Assembly: GCA_934162265.1 (NCBI GenBank)
Contig: CAKPHZ010000002.1
Location: 6,703-70,702, forward strand
DNA length: 64,000 nucleotides
Origin: an uncultured Bacilli bacterium
GTDB lineage: Bacteria > Bacillota_I > Bacilli_A > RF39 > UBA660
Direction: 5' to 3'
Within the stretch, counting starts at the first letter, position 1, and every line of letters begins with the position of its first letter. A program made the position numbers and the translations under genes. Below are positions 9,506 to 19,500 of the stretch, piece by piece. The notes beneath the pieces were generated by a model. The model searched no databases. It was not told the DNA's origin and worked only from the letters and a program-made list of their open reading frames with translations.

Positions 9506-11376
9506 GTGTGCAGGCATGGTATATAACTAGGTGGTGAAAGTCCACTATACACGTAAGTATCTGCGAAGTATTAGGGAAGCACAACGCATTAACGGTGATG
9601 TTAGGGCCTAAAGGAAGTGTGAAACAAAATCGTGGCTCAACGAACAGAAACTTGATACTAAGGATGCATAAACGGATGAGGTTACAAAACAAACTAAAGT
9701 CCAAAAGATACACGTAACTTTATGTAGTAAATCAAGTGAGTAAACGAGGAAAGTTATATGTCTTACCCTGGGAGGTCTTGTGGACAGTTAAGGAGAACCC
9801 TAGAAAGAAAACTGTTCGAAAAAGGTTTATCACAAGAAGTCAGCCGAGGTCATAGTACTAATTAATTATTAAGAAGGACTGAACAATTTATAGTGTTTTA
9901 GTACACATAATATTATGTTAGTTATAAATCAGAATAAATAAAAGGTAAATAAGTAAAACGTATTTTATGTATAAATCCTTAAAAGATAAATAACTAATGT
10001 TGAGATTAGAAAGGAAAGAACGAGTATGGAATTACTAGAAAAAGTCTTAGATGACAAGAACTTATTTGAAGCATATAAACAAGTGTATAAAAATAAAGGA
10101 GCAAGTGGAGTTGATGAAATTACTGTTGATGAACTTAGACACTATATGTATCTGCACAAAGAAGAAATCAAAGAACAAATAAGAAATAGAAAATATAAAC
10201 CTAGCCCAGTAAGAAGAGTATACATTCCAAAAGATAACGAAGATAAAAGAGGGTTAGGAATACCAACTGTGGTAGATAGAGTAATACAACAAGCAATAGT
10301 ACAAGTACTATCCCCAATATACGAAGAGCAATTTAGTAAAACAAGTTATGGATTTAGGCCTAAACGTTCATGTGAAATGGCCATCATTAAACTATTAGAA
10401 TATTTTAATGATGGCTATACTTGGATAGTAGATATTGATTTACAAAAATTCTTTGATACAGTATGCCATGATAAATTAATTTCCATAATCATGAAAACAA
10501 TTCATGACGGTGAATTAGTATCATTAATAAGAAAATATCTAGTAAGTGGAGTAATGGAAAATGGTGTAGTTAGTCCAACAAAGGTAGGGACACCACAAGG
10601 TGGTAATCTATCCTCACTACTATCTAATATCATGTTAAATGAATTAGACAAAGAACTTGAAAAAAGAGGTTTAAGGTTTACTCGATATGCGGACGACTGT
10701 ATAATTGTAGTACAAAGTGAAAAAGCAGCAAATAGAGTTATGAAGAATATAACAAAGTTTATAGAGAAGAAACTAGGATTAAAAGTTAATGCAGAAAAGA
10801 GCAAAGTAGCAAGACCAAATCAAATAAAATATTTAGGATTTGGATTTTACTATACAAAAACAGGTATAGTCAAACCAAAACCACATTTAAAATCGATTCA
10901 AAAGTTTAAAAGAAGAGTAAAACAACTTACCAAGAGAAGTTGTAGTATATATTTAAACGAAAGAATCATAAAATTAAATCAAGTCATAAGAGGATGGATA
11001 AATTATTTTAGAATTGCGGATATGAAAAATCAACTTTCAAATATTACAAGCCATCTAAATAGAAGAATAAGATGCATTATATGGAAGCAATGGAAAACAC
11101 CAAAGCATAGAATAAAATGTCTAATACAGTTAGGATTAGATAAGAACATGGCAAGGGCGTGTTCGTACGCTAGGAAAAGCTATTGGAGTACTAGTATGTG
11201 TTTTCCTATTCATAAGGCAATTTCTAATAAGCGATTACAACAAAAAGGTCTAGTGTTTCCATTAGACCATTACTTAAAAGTATATACTGCAATATAAATT
11301 GAACCGCCGTATACCGAACGGTACGTACGGTGGTGTAAGAGGGACAAATTTACAAACTATTGTAAATTTTCTCTAC
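9506..11376 (+). mobile_element. ORF-containing bacterial group II intron; the 3' boundary is approximate
   Basis: The 5' end is GTGTG at 9506, followed by GGTGAAAGTCC and GTCAGCCGAGG-type domain I strings. The intron-encoded protein sits in domain IV. A canonical domain V (CCGCCGTATACC-GAAC-GGTACGTACGGTGG, 11304-11334) is followed by a domain VI-like hairpin ending ...CTCTAC near 11376. Confidence 0.8.
10026..11297 (+). CDS. group II intron reverse transcriptase/maturase, no endonuclease domain
   Basis: 423 aa with RT motifs (RRVYIPK, GLGIPTVVDRVIQQA, TPQGGNLSSLLSN, YADD) and maturase X motif RGWINYF. The short C-terminus lacks an HNH domain. Confidence 0.9.
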   Translation: MELLEKVLDDKNLFEAYKQVYKNKGASGVDEITVDELRHYMYLHKEEIKEQIRNRKYKPSPVRRVYIPKDNEDKRGLGIPTVVDRVIQQAIVQVLSPIYEEQFSKTSYGFRPKRSCEMAIIKLLEYFNDGYTWIVDIDLQKFFDTVCHDKLISIIMKTIHDGELVSLIRKYLVSGVMENGVVSPTKVGTPQGGNLSSLLSNIMLNELDKELEKRGLRFTRYADDCIIVVQSEKAANRVMKNITKFIEKKLGLKVNAEKSKVARPNQIKYLGFGFYYTKTGIVKPKPHLKSIQKFKRRVKQLTKRSCSIYLNERIIKLNQVIRGWINYFRIADMKNQLSNITSHLNRRIRCIIWKQWKTPKHRIKCLIQLGLDKNMARACSYARKSYWSTSMCFPIHKAISNKRLQQKGLVFPLDHYLKVYTAI

Positions 11377-11481
11377 TTGATTTTATCCAATGGGTCCAAA
11401 ACGAAAATATCATCATCATAGTTTGCAAATTCGTTGTTATAAATAAAATTATTATCATATATATTTTTAATTTCGTCATAG

Positions 11482-12354
11482 TTATTCAATTTTATCCCTC
11501 ACTTTTAATACATAGATATTTAAAGCAATTGTAATTTTGTTAATCATTTTATCATAATTGTAATTTTTTGATAATGGTGTCATATTAATCAAATTTAACA
11601 TTGATTCTTCATTTAATTCTTTTTTTTCATTAATTGTATATTTTTTTAAAATAATATAATTTTTGTCTATGTTCTTTTCAATTTGCAGTTCATTTTCATA
11701 TTCTTTAATATGTAAAAGTTCTCTTAACTCGTATAAATACTCTTTTTTTGGAGTAACTTTAATTATAATTCCATCCTGTTTTAATATTCTATTCATTTCT
11801 TTTTCATTAGATGGGGATAGAATATTTAGTATAACATCAACGCTTTTATTCTTTAATGGCATATAGTTTAAATCCGCAACCAATGGAATAAAATTATTTT
11901 TAACATAATTTGTTGCGTATTCAACACCGACTTTGGATATATCTACCCCAATAATAAAAGATTGACTGTTGTTTATTAAATTTAAAATCATATTATCATG
12001 TGTACCATCACCACATCCCATATCGACTATTACTTGTGAATTACCTTTTTCTATAATTATTTTCGATATTAGTTTGTGTAATTCATAATAAAACCCTTTT
12101 TTTATAAATTCCAATCTATTTTTGAATAAATTTATATCATAAATATTATCAATCCTCAATTTATTTTTTTTTAATAATGTACAATAGCCTTTTTTTGCAA
12201 TATCATAGCAATGATTTTTTTCACAAATTAGAGAATTTTTATAAATCCTAATATTACTATGACATATTGGACATATAAAAATATTTTCAATTTTTTCATT
12301 AAGCAAATTACTTTTTGTATATTCAATTTTTTTTAGCATATTAATCACCATCAA
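11482..12354 (-). CDS. rlmA: 23S rRNA (guanine-N1)-methyltransferase, RlmA family
   Basis: N-terminal zinc ribbon CPICH..(N)..CEKNHCYDIAKKGY matches the RlmA pattern CPLCH...C...H.FD.AKEGY. It also has SAM motif I VDMGCGDG, VDISKVGVEYA and LINMTP. On the minus strand GGTGA lies 7 nt upstream of the ATG, with an extended -10 TGATATAAT further upstream. Confidence 0.75.
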   Translation of the reverse strand: MMVINMLKKIEYTKSNLLNEKIENIFICPICHSNIRIYKNSLICEKNHCYDIAKKGYCTLLKKNKLRIDNIYDINLFKNRLEFIKKGFYYELHKLISKIIIEKGNSQVIVDMGCGDGTHDNMILNLINNSQSFIIGVDISKVGVEYATNYVKNNFIPLVADLNYMPLKNKSVDVILNILSPSNEKEMNRILKQDGIIIKVTPKKEYLYELRELLHIKEYENELQIEKNIDKNYIILKKYTINEKKELNEESMLNLINMTPLSKNYNYDKMINKITIALNIYVLKVRDKIE

Positions 12355-12693
12355 TTTGACAATATTATATCACTTTTTCGTTGATATTTAAACAGTAAAA
12401 AAGAGTAAATAAATTTATTTTATTAAAAATAGGTTACTATTCACAGCTTTGATAGAGTTTATTCTCTATCTTTTTAATTTTGCTCAGTTGCAAAAGTAAA
12501 TTCCACTTTGAAGTAATAATTTCTACTTTGGATTGAAAAATATGCACTTAATTGAAAAATTAGGTGTATTTTTATGCTAAAAAGTGGTATTATATGGTCA
12601 ATAAGCCGATATTTTAATATTTTATTGTATGTCGAAAAGAGATCGAGTCTTTAAATTTTTTTTGAATTTGAAAGTTCCATCCCTCATGGGTAA

Positions 12694-14125
12694 CTATTAG
12701 ATATCTGATATGATGGTGCTTATTTATGCCTTATTCAGGCAGAACTTTCTTCTTTTGAAGAAAAGAAGAAAGTAAGAAACTGGCACTGATTTTAAATCAG
12801 TTCTTCTTTAACAAAGATGGAGTAAGGTTAATTCCATTGCTTTTTATTTCAAGTATGTTAAGTTTGGTAGCAATGTTATTACCATACATTAAGTTAAACA
12901 TTTCAAGTGGTGATGAATTGTTTAACTTTTTTCTTTTGTATGAATTTATGTGAGACATTATTAAGTTAATATCATTTTGCGTTAAATTATCAAATGAAGT
13001 CTTTTTCTCTAATATTCTTCTGATCATTTCATGATTAACTTCACAAGATCCTTTTTGATCTGGACGGCCTGGTTCAAAGTAAAATACTTTAGTTCTTTGC
13101 TCACCAGTTAAATGGCTATATTCTATCTCTTTTGGATTAGAAAATTCAGAACCATTGTCAGTTAAAATTACAGGAAATAATTTTTTGAAAGTTTCTACTC
13201 TAAATAGCTCTTCTAAATAGTTAAATATGTCAATAACTGATTGAGCATCATTTCTATCACGTAAAAAAGCAAGCATAAAACAACAGTTAACAAAGTGAAT
13301 AGTTAATAATACTTTACCACCTTTTGTTCCTTCAACAGTATCAATTTAAATAACATTAGTGTCCGGATTTTTTTCTATAAATTTTAAAAAATCTGTGTAT
13401 TTTCTGCCTTCTAAACACTTTTTATCTATCTTGTAATATGTTTTTCGCTTTGGTGTTTGTCTTAATCTTACTTTTCTAGGTAGGTCAATGTTTCTTACTG
13501 TTAATGCACCTATATCTATTAAATGATAAATTTCTTTCTCACTACACATAATTAAATTTTCATTGTTAACAAAAGCATGGTGAATAGATTGACCATGCTC
13601 TTTTACAAGAGGAATAAGAATTTTATCAAGATTATCTAATTCTTGTTGTGAAAAATTAATTCCAAGCCTAGCATTTGTCAGATTTTCTTTATATTCTTTG
13701 AAGGCGTAGTCACTTTCATAAAATTGCTTAGATAAGGTACAAGTACTTTTTTCTTTACAGTCATTACAAACATAAGGTGGCTTAGATAATTTGAGACAAA
13801 CTACTTTTTCATAATGAGCACAATTATTAAAATTACAAAGGGTTCCTTTTTGTCTAAATGGACAATTTTTACCTTTTTTGCAATCAAAGTGCTTTCTTCC
13901 AACTGTACCAACTTCTTTAAAAATAATATGATTTTTAATCTCTTTTGCTACAGTAGTACAATCTTTATTGATGATATTACCGATGGCCTTAAAAAATTTA
14001 TTTTCTTTTAGTCCTTTTTCAATTTCTAATCTATCATCGAATGATAAATGTTTATTTTTCATAATAAATACAAATCCTTTCTAAAAAGAATAAGCACCAT
14101 CAGCGATATATTATAGTCCTAATAG
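12694..14125 (-). mobile_element. IS30-family insertion sequence (about 1.43 kb), decayed
   Basis: The imperfect terminal inverted repeats are CTATTAG...TGATGGTGCTTATT (12694-12724) and AATAAGCACCATCA...CTAATAG (14089-14125). They enclose the transposase reading frame. Confidence 0.7.
12797..14062 (-). pseudogene. IS30-family DDE transposase interrupted by one in-frame TAA (13343-13345)
   Basis: The two track ORFs (238 aa and 159 aa) are in the same frame. The stretch between them reads ..PDTNVI*IDTVEGTKGGKVLLTIHFVNCCFMLAFL.., i.e. the IS30 DTVEG motif, and the C-terminal part has TDNGSEF. Confidence 0.8.
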
Positions 14126-14334
14126 ACAAAAAATCAAATTTTACTAAGTAAATTCCACATCATTACTTTTACCAACTAAATTCCATCTTTATTAAAATAG
14201 GGGTGGAATTTACTTTTGCAATGCAACCAATCATATTTTATCCTGATTATTTTGAAAATTAGCTTGTAGAATTTATTTTTTTGTGCTATTATATAGTGGG
14301 GAGTAAAAAAACAAGTTTTGTGAGAAGTGAGAAT

Positions 14335-16233
14335 GTGGATTTCAAAAAAATAAAAACTTGGATGATTTTCGGATTAAGTTTTATCTTATTTTTTGCAGGT
14401 TCTGAGTTTGCATATGCTGATGATTTATCTTCTAAAATACCAGATGAAAATTTCAGAAAATGTTTAACGTCGGTGTTAAAAGAAGGAAGAAAGGATTGGA
14501 TAGGAACTTATACTGGGGATACTTATACTTATTATTTAACTACTGACGAAAAGTCATATGATTTTACAGAAGCAAATTTAGATAAAGTACGTACCATATA
14601 TTGTGAAGATTATGGTATTAAGGACTTAACGGGTATTAATTTACTGACTAACTTAGAATATCTTTATGTCAATAACAATTCTATTAGTACTTTTAATTTA
14701 AGTAATCCTAAGTTAAAATTGATTTATGCAGCTGGCAATAAATATAAAAGCTTAAGTGTTAGTGATGACGTTGCTAAACAGCTTACGGATTTATCGGTTT
14801 CTAGTAACAATTTAACAAAAAGTGTAATTGATGGTTACATGACTAGATTTCCCAATTTAAAATTATTTGCATTTGGTGGAGATAATTATAGTGGGGAATT
14901 AGATGTTTCTAGTTTAACTAATTTAGATAAGTTATGGATTGAAAATAACAATGTTACTAGTATCAAAGGACTAACTTCTAAAATAACAATACTTAGTTTG
15001 CATAATAACCCAATTTCTAATTTTGATTTATCTGCTTTTCCAGAACTTTATGTACTAAGCGTAGGTAAAACTAAGTTTTCTAGTGTTGATGTGTCAAAGA
15101 ATCCCAAATTAAAATACTTAAGAGTAGATGATTTACTGCTAGATTCTATTAATTTAAAAAATAACCCTGAATTATATAAATTTTATGCAAATTATAATAA
15201 TTTTACTTCTATTGATTTTAGTAATAACAAAAATTTAATATATATAGATGTTGGTGTGAATTTGCTTAATTCATTAGACGTTTCTATGCTTACGAAATTG
15301 AAAAGTTTATATGCAAGAAATAATAAATTTTCTAGTATAAATCTAGGAAGCAGTAGCGAATTATTAGATTTAGATGTTAACTGGTGTAAAAATTTAAGTT
15401 CTCTTACGTTAGACAGTAAAACTAAACTTAAATATCTAAATATAGCAGGAGTTTCTAAAATAAATAATTTAAACTTAACATCATTTTCTGGTAGTTTAGA
15501 AAAATTAATTATTTCTTTGTGGCAAGCACAAAAGTATGATTTTAGGGGTTTGTCTAAATTGACTGATGTATCTGTTTCTTCGGCAATTCATGTTCCAATC
15601 TATAATCAAAGTAGTTCCAAGGTATCGCAAGTTTTAAATTATTTACCATCTGGACTTAGTATGTCTTCATTGGGAAGTAAAAGAATTGTTGATAGAACGA
15701 AACGTTATTATAGTTATACTGCAATAAGTGGTGATGATCCAACTATAAATGGTGAAATTGGCAAAAATGTTTCAGTTGATATTGTTGATAGTTCAGGGAA
15801 TTATACTGGATTGAAAGTTCCTTCTAGTGCTAAGGTGCAGTATATACTTAATTCAAGATTTATTTTCCATAAACTTACAAGTAGCAAATATTCTATCAAT
15901 GAAGAAAAAGGCACTATTGATGTTGGTGGAGATGACGATGCAACAATACTTAAAAATTTAAATTTAGTGGATGACTTGTCTGCTATTAAAATGAATATTT
16001 CTGGAGATAAATTGATTTTAAGTTCAAATATTGCGAATGTAGAATCTAGTTATAGTGGAATTTCTAATACATACAATTTTAAAACCTTTACTTTACTTAG
16101 AGTTTCTAATCCTAAAACAGGTAGTATTTCATTTTATATTATTATGGGAATTTTGTTTGTTGGAATTGTTTGTAGTGTTTTAGGCTATTTAAAACTTGTT
16201 AGAACAAAATCAGACCCTGACAATTTTGTTTAA
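14335..16233 (+). CDS. leucine-rich-repeat cell-surface protein with a C-terminal NPKTG sorting signal
   Basis: Signal peptide (V/M)DFKKIKTWMIFGLSFILFFAGSEFAYA|DD. About 15 LRR units of roughly 22 aa (L..L..L.v..N.i..idls). The C-terminus is NPKTG (16108-16122) plus a hydrophobic helix plus KLVRTK. The start is uncertain: GTG 14335, ATG 14362 or the track's TTG 14281. Confidence 0.75.
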   Translation: MDFKKIKTWMIFGLSFILFFAGSEFAYADDLSSKIPDENFRKCLTSVLKEGRKDWIGTYTGDTYTYYLTTDEKSYDFTEANLDKVRTIYCEDYGIKDLTGINLLTNLEYLYVNNNSISTFNLSNPKLKLIYAAGNKYKSLSVSDDVAKQLTDLSVSSNNLTKSVIDGYMTRFPNLKLFAFGGDNYSGELDVSSLTNLDKLWIENNNVTSIKGLTSKITILSLHNNPISNFDLSAFPELYVLSVGKTKFSSVDVSKNPKLKYLRVDDLLLDSINLKNNPELYKFYANYNNFTSIDFSNNKNLIYIDVGVNLLNSLDVSMLTKLKSLYARNNKFSSINLGSSSELLDLDVNWCKNLSSLTLDSKTKLKYLNIAGVSKINNLNLTSFSGSLEKLIISLWQAQKYDFRGLSKLTDVSVSSAIHVPIYNQSSSKVSQVLNYLPSGLSMSSLGSKRIVDRTKRYYSYTAISGDDPTINGEIGKNVSVDIVDSSGNYTGLKVPSSAKVQYILNSRFIFHKLTSSKYSINEEKGTIDVGGDDDATILKNLNLVDDLSAIKMNISGDKLILSSNIANVESSYSGISNTYNFKTFTLLRVSNPKTGSISFYIIMGILFVGIVCSVLGYLKLVRTKSDPDNFV

Positions 16234-16292
16234 TAATCTTTAAATATTAAGATTACTTATGTGAATATTTTCATTGAATTAAAATACTTCTA

Positions 16293-16321
16293 TTGACTTT
16301 CACTTATAAATTTCATATAAT
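16293..16321 (+). promoter_or_regulatory. sigma-A-type promoter of the ileS leader
   Basis: TTGACT, a 17-nt spacer, then TATAAT. Confidence 0.6.
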
Positions 16322-16329
16322 TAATTTGG

Positions 16330-16570
16330 TTTTATAAAATCATGTGAAAGAGACGGTATTTAAATTCTAATTTAAAGAGAGTTTGCTACTGGTGAAAAGC
16401 AGATAACAAGAATTAAATATGAATCACTCTGGAATGTGAACTTTTGAATAGAGTAGAAAGTATCCGGGAATTGTATCCCGTTATCCAATGAAGTTGCACA
16501 AAATTTTTGTGAATTAAGGTGGTACCGCGTTTTTAAGCGTCCTTAAGGAATAAAATTTTTGTGCTTTTTA
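16330..16570 (+). promoter_or_regulatory. T-box riboswitch leader, Ile (AUC) specifier
   Basis: Stem I elements are present (AGAGA, AGAGAG, distal CTGGTGAAAAGCAG). The specifier loop reads ..UAUGA-AUC-A before the closing helix (AUC at 16423-16425). The T-box sequence AATTAAGGTGGTACCGCG is at 16512-16529. The terminator arms are 16496-16519 and 16541-16564, followed by a T-run. Confidence 0.85.
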
Positions 16571-16595
16571 TATTTTAGAAAGAAGGATGATTTAG

Positions 16596-19500
16596 ATGTA
16601 TGAAAGTTTAGATAAGAGAGAGGTTAAAGATGTTGAGAAAAGTATATTAGATACTTGGAAGAAAGAAGATATTTTGAATGAAACGATAAAAAATCGTGAA
16701 GGTAAGAAGGATTTTGTTTTTTATGATGGTCCTATTTATGCAAATGCTAAACCTGGTATTCATCATGTATTTGCCAAAACAATTAAGGATTCTTTTTGTA
16801 AGTATAAGGTTATGAATGGGTATAGAGTATTAAGAAAGATTGGTCTTGATACACATGGTCTTCCTATTGAAGTAAATGTAGAGAAAAAGTTAGGATTTTC
16901 TGGTAAAGCTGATATTGAAAAATTTGGTGTTGATGCTTTTTGTCGTGAATGTAATAAGGCAACTGCTACAAATATTAATGAGGTTAATCATATTACCGAT
17001 ATGATGGGACAATTTATTGATTGCAAAAATCCTTATATTACTTGTTCTAATGATTATATTGAATCCGAATGGTGGATCATTAAACAAATGGACGAGAAGG
17101 GGCTTTTATATCACGGAAATAAGGTATTATGGTATTGTCCTAGATGTGGTACAGAGTTATCTCAAAATGAAGTATCACAGGGATATACTAAAACTAGTGT
17201 TAATACGGTTATTGTTCCTTTGAAGAGAGTAGACGCTGATGAGTATTTCTTAGCTTGGACAACAACACCTTGGACTTTGATGGCAAATGTTGCGATTTGT
17301 GTTAATCCTGATATGCTTTATATTAAAGCAAAATCTAAGGGATATCAATTTATTGTAGCCGAAAGTCTTGCTACTCGTGTTCTTGGAGAAGATTATGAAG
17401 TGGTTGATACCTTTAAAGGGAGCGATTTGGTTGGAATAAAATATGAACAATTAATGCCTTTTGTTCGTGTCGAAGGAAAATGTCATGAAGTTATTGCGGA
17501 TCCTTATGTAACGGATAGTGATGGTACGGGTATTGTTCATATTGCTCCTGCGTTTGGAGCTGATGATAACCGTGTTTGTGTTCAAAATGGTATTGGTTTT
17601 GTCAATCCTGTTGGACTTGATGGCAGGTATACGACTGGTCCATGGGAAGGACGTCTTGTTACCGATCCAGAACTTGAAATTGATATTATTAAATGGTTAA
17701 AAGCAAATGATAAGTTATTTAAAAAAATTAAAATAGAACATGATTATCCACATTGTTGGCGTTGTAAGAGTCCTTTAATTAGTTATCCTAAACCTGCTTG
17801 GTATATTAAAACTACTGAGTATAAAGATAAAATTATCGAGGCAAATAAAAAAATTCATTGGTATCCTGCTTATGTTGGAGAAAAACGTTTTGGAAATTGG
17901 CTTGAGAATATAGTTGATTGGGGAATTTCTAGAAATCGTTATTGGGGTTGTCCACTTCCTGTTTGGGAATGTTCTTGTGGAAAGAGAAAAGTTATTGGTT
18001 CTCTAGATGAATTGCAAGAAAATGTTGTTGAAAATGTTAATGTAAGAGAGATGGAATTGCATCGTCCTTATGTGGATCAAATTCATTTAAAATGTTCTTG
18101 TGGTAAAGAAATGACTCGTGTTAAAGATGTTTTGGATGTTTGGTTTGATTCTGGTTCGATGCCTTATGCGCAATTCCATTATCCTTTTGAAAATCAAGAA
18201 TTATTTAAAAGTCAATTTCCTGCTGACTTTATTGCTGAAGGGCTTGATCAAACTAGAGGCTGGTTCTATGTTTTACTTGTTATTTCTACGATTATTTCAG
18301 GAGAAAGTTCATTTAAAAATGTTGTTGTAAATGATATGATGTTGGATGAATTTGGTAAAAAGATGAGTAAATCTGTTGGTAATATTGTTGACCCAATTGA
18401 AATGATGGAGAAATATGGAGCAGATAATATTAGATGGTATATGTTATATACATCTCCTGTTTGGACGCCTCTAAAGTTTTCCGAAGCTGGTGTAAGGGAA
18501 GTTCATAGCAAATTCTTTAATCCTTTTAAAAATACTTATACATTCTTTCAAACGTATGCAAATATTGATCATATTAATATTGAGGATTGCAAGGTTAAGT
18601 ATGAAGAAAGAGAAGAGATTGATAAGTGGCTATTAAGTAAATATAATCATCTAATCAAAAAGGTAAGAGAATTTTATGAGATGTATGATTTAAATTTGGT
18701 TGTTAGAGAGATTACTAATTTTGTATCTGAAGACTTATCAAATTGGTATATCAGAAGGAATAGAAATCGTTTTTGGGGAAGTGATATGAATAAAAGTAAG
18801 AAAAGTGTTTATATGACTACTTATGAAGTAATGGAAGGTTTGTGTCGTTTATGTGCACCTGTTATTCCTTATTTAACAGAAGAAATCTATACAAAATTAA
18901 CAAAGAAAAAATCCGTTCATTTAGCAGATTTTCCTGTTTGCTCTAGAGAATTAATTGATAGCAAGCTAGAATATAAAATGGATTTGGTTAGAGATTTAAT
19001 CACCATGGGAAGAAACATAAGAGAAGAATCTAAAATAAAAGTTAGACAACCAATTAAAAGTGTTATGCTAGAGTCTTCCCTTAAGAATGATATCTCTGGA
19101 CTTGAATCATTAATTAAAGAAGAATTAAATGTTAAAGAAGTATTATATGTTGATGATGCTAATTTATATATGAATATATCTTATAAGCCTAATTTTAGAG
19201 TAGCAGGTAAAGTATTTGGTAAAGATATGAAAGATTTTTCTCAATATTTGATGAATATTTGTAAAGAGGATTTAATTAAATTATCTAATGGAGAATTAGT
19301 AGTTAATTTTAATGGTACTGAATACAAGATAACAGAAGATTTAATCGATAAGAAGATTGAGTCAAAGGAAGGATTTAATGTTTCAGTTAATGATAATTTG
19401 ATTATTATTCTTGATTTAGAATTAACGGATGATTTAATTAATGAAGGTCTTGCTAGAGAAACAATTTCTAAGATCCAAAATTTAAGAAAAAGTAGTGGCT

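Larger units (their letters stand above)
12488..14221. repeat. outer element bounded by perfect 19-bp inverted repeats (TTGCAAAAGTAAATTCCAC), interrupted by the IS30-family copy
   Basis: 12488-12506 is the exact reverse complement of 14203-14221. Further TAAATTCCA(C/T) copies lie at 14146-14158 and 14177-14186. Confidence 0.55.

Noticed and set aside
9438-9713. A 91-aa minus-strand ORF in the track.
   Set aside because: It lies antisense within group II intron domain I RNA and runs across the intron 5' boundary and terminator hairpin. It is low-complexity, has no RBS, and is explained by the intron.
10026-11297. The reverse transcriptase could be a retron, DGR or Abi-type RT (a defence system).
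   Set aside because: It has a maturase X motif (RGWINYF). It is flanked by a GTGTG 5' end and a canonical domain V/VI, and sits inside a domain IV-like position. All of this is typical of a group II intron-encoded protein. There is no msr/msd-like repeat and no DGR template/variable repeat pair nearby.
11377-11481. Minus-strand open frames downstream of the methyltransferase (for example ..NYDEIKNIYDNNFIYNNEFANYDDDIFVLDPLDKIK) stop exactly at the intron 3' boundary. This suggested a gene disrupted by the intron.
   Set aside because: There is no in-frame start codon or RBS. The composition is N/D/I-rich, as expected from AT-rich DNA. Joining the exons gives only 4 more codons. The evidence for a real gene is insufficient.
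13343-13345. The in-frame TAA in the IS30 transposase could be a programmed read-through or recoding signal.
   Set aside because: I know of no TAA read-through mechanism in IS30 elements. Simple nonsense decay is the parsimonious reading. It is reported as a pseudogene.
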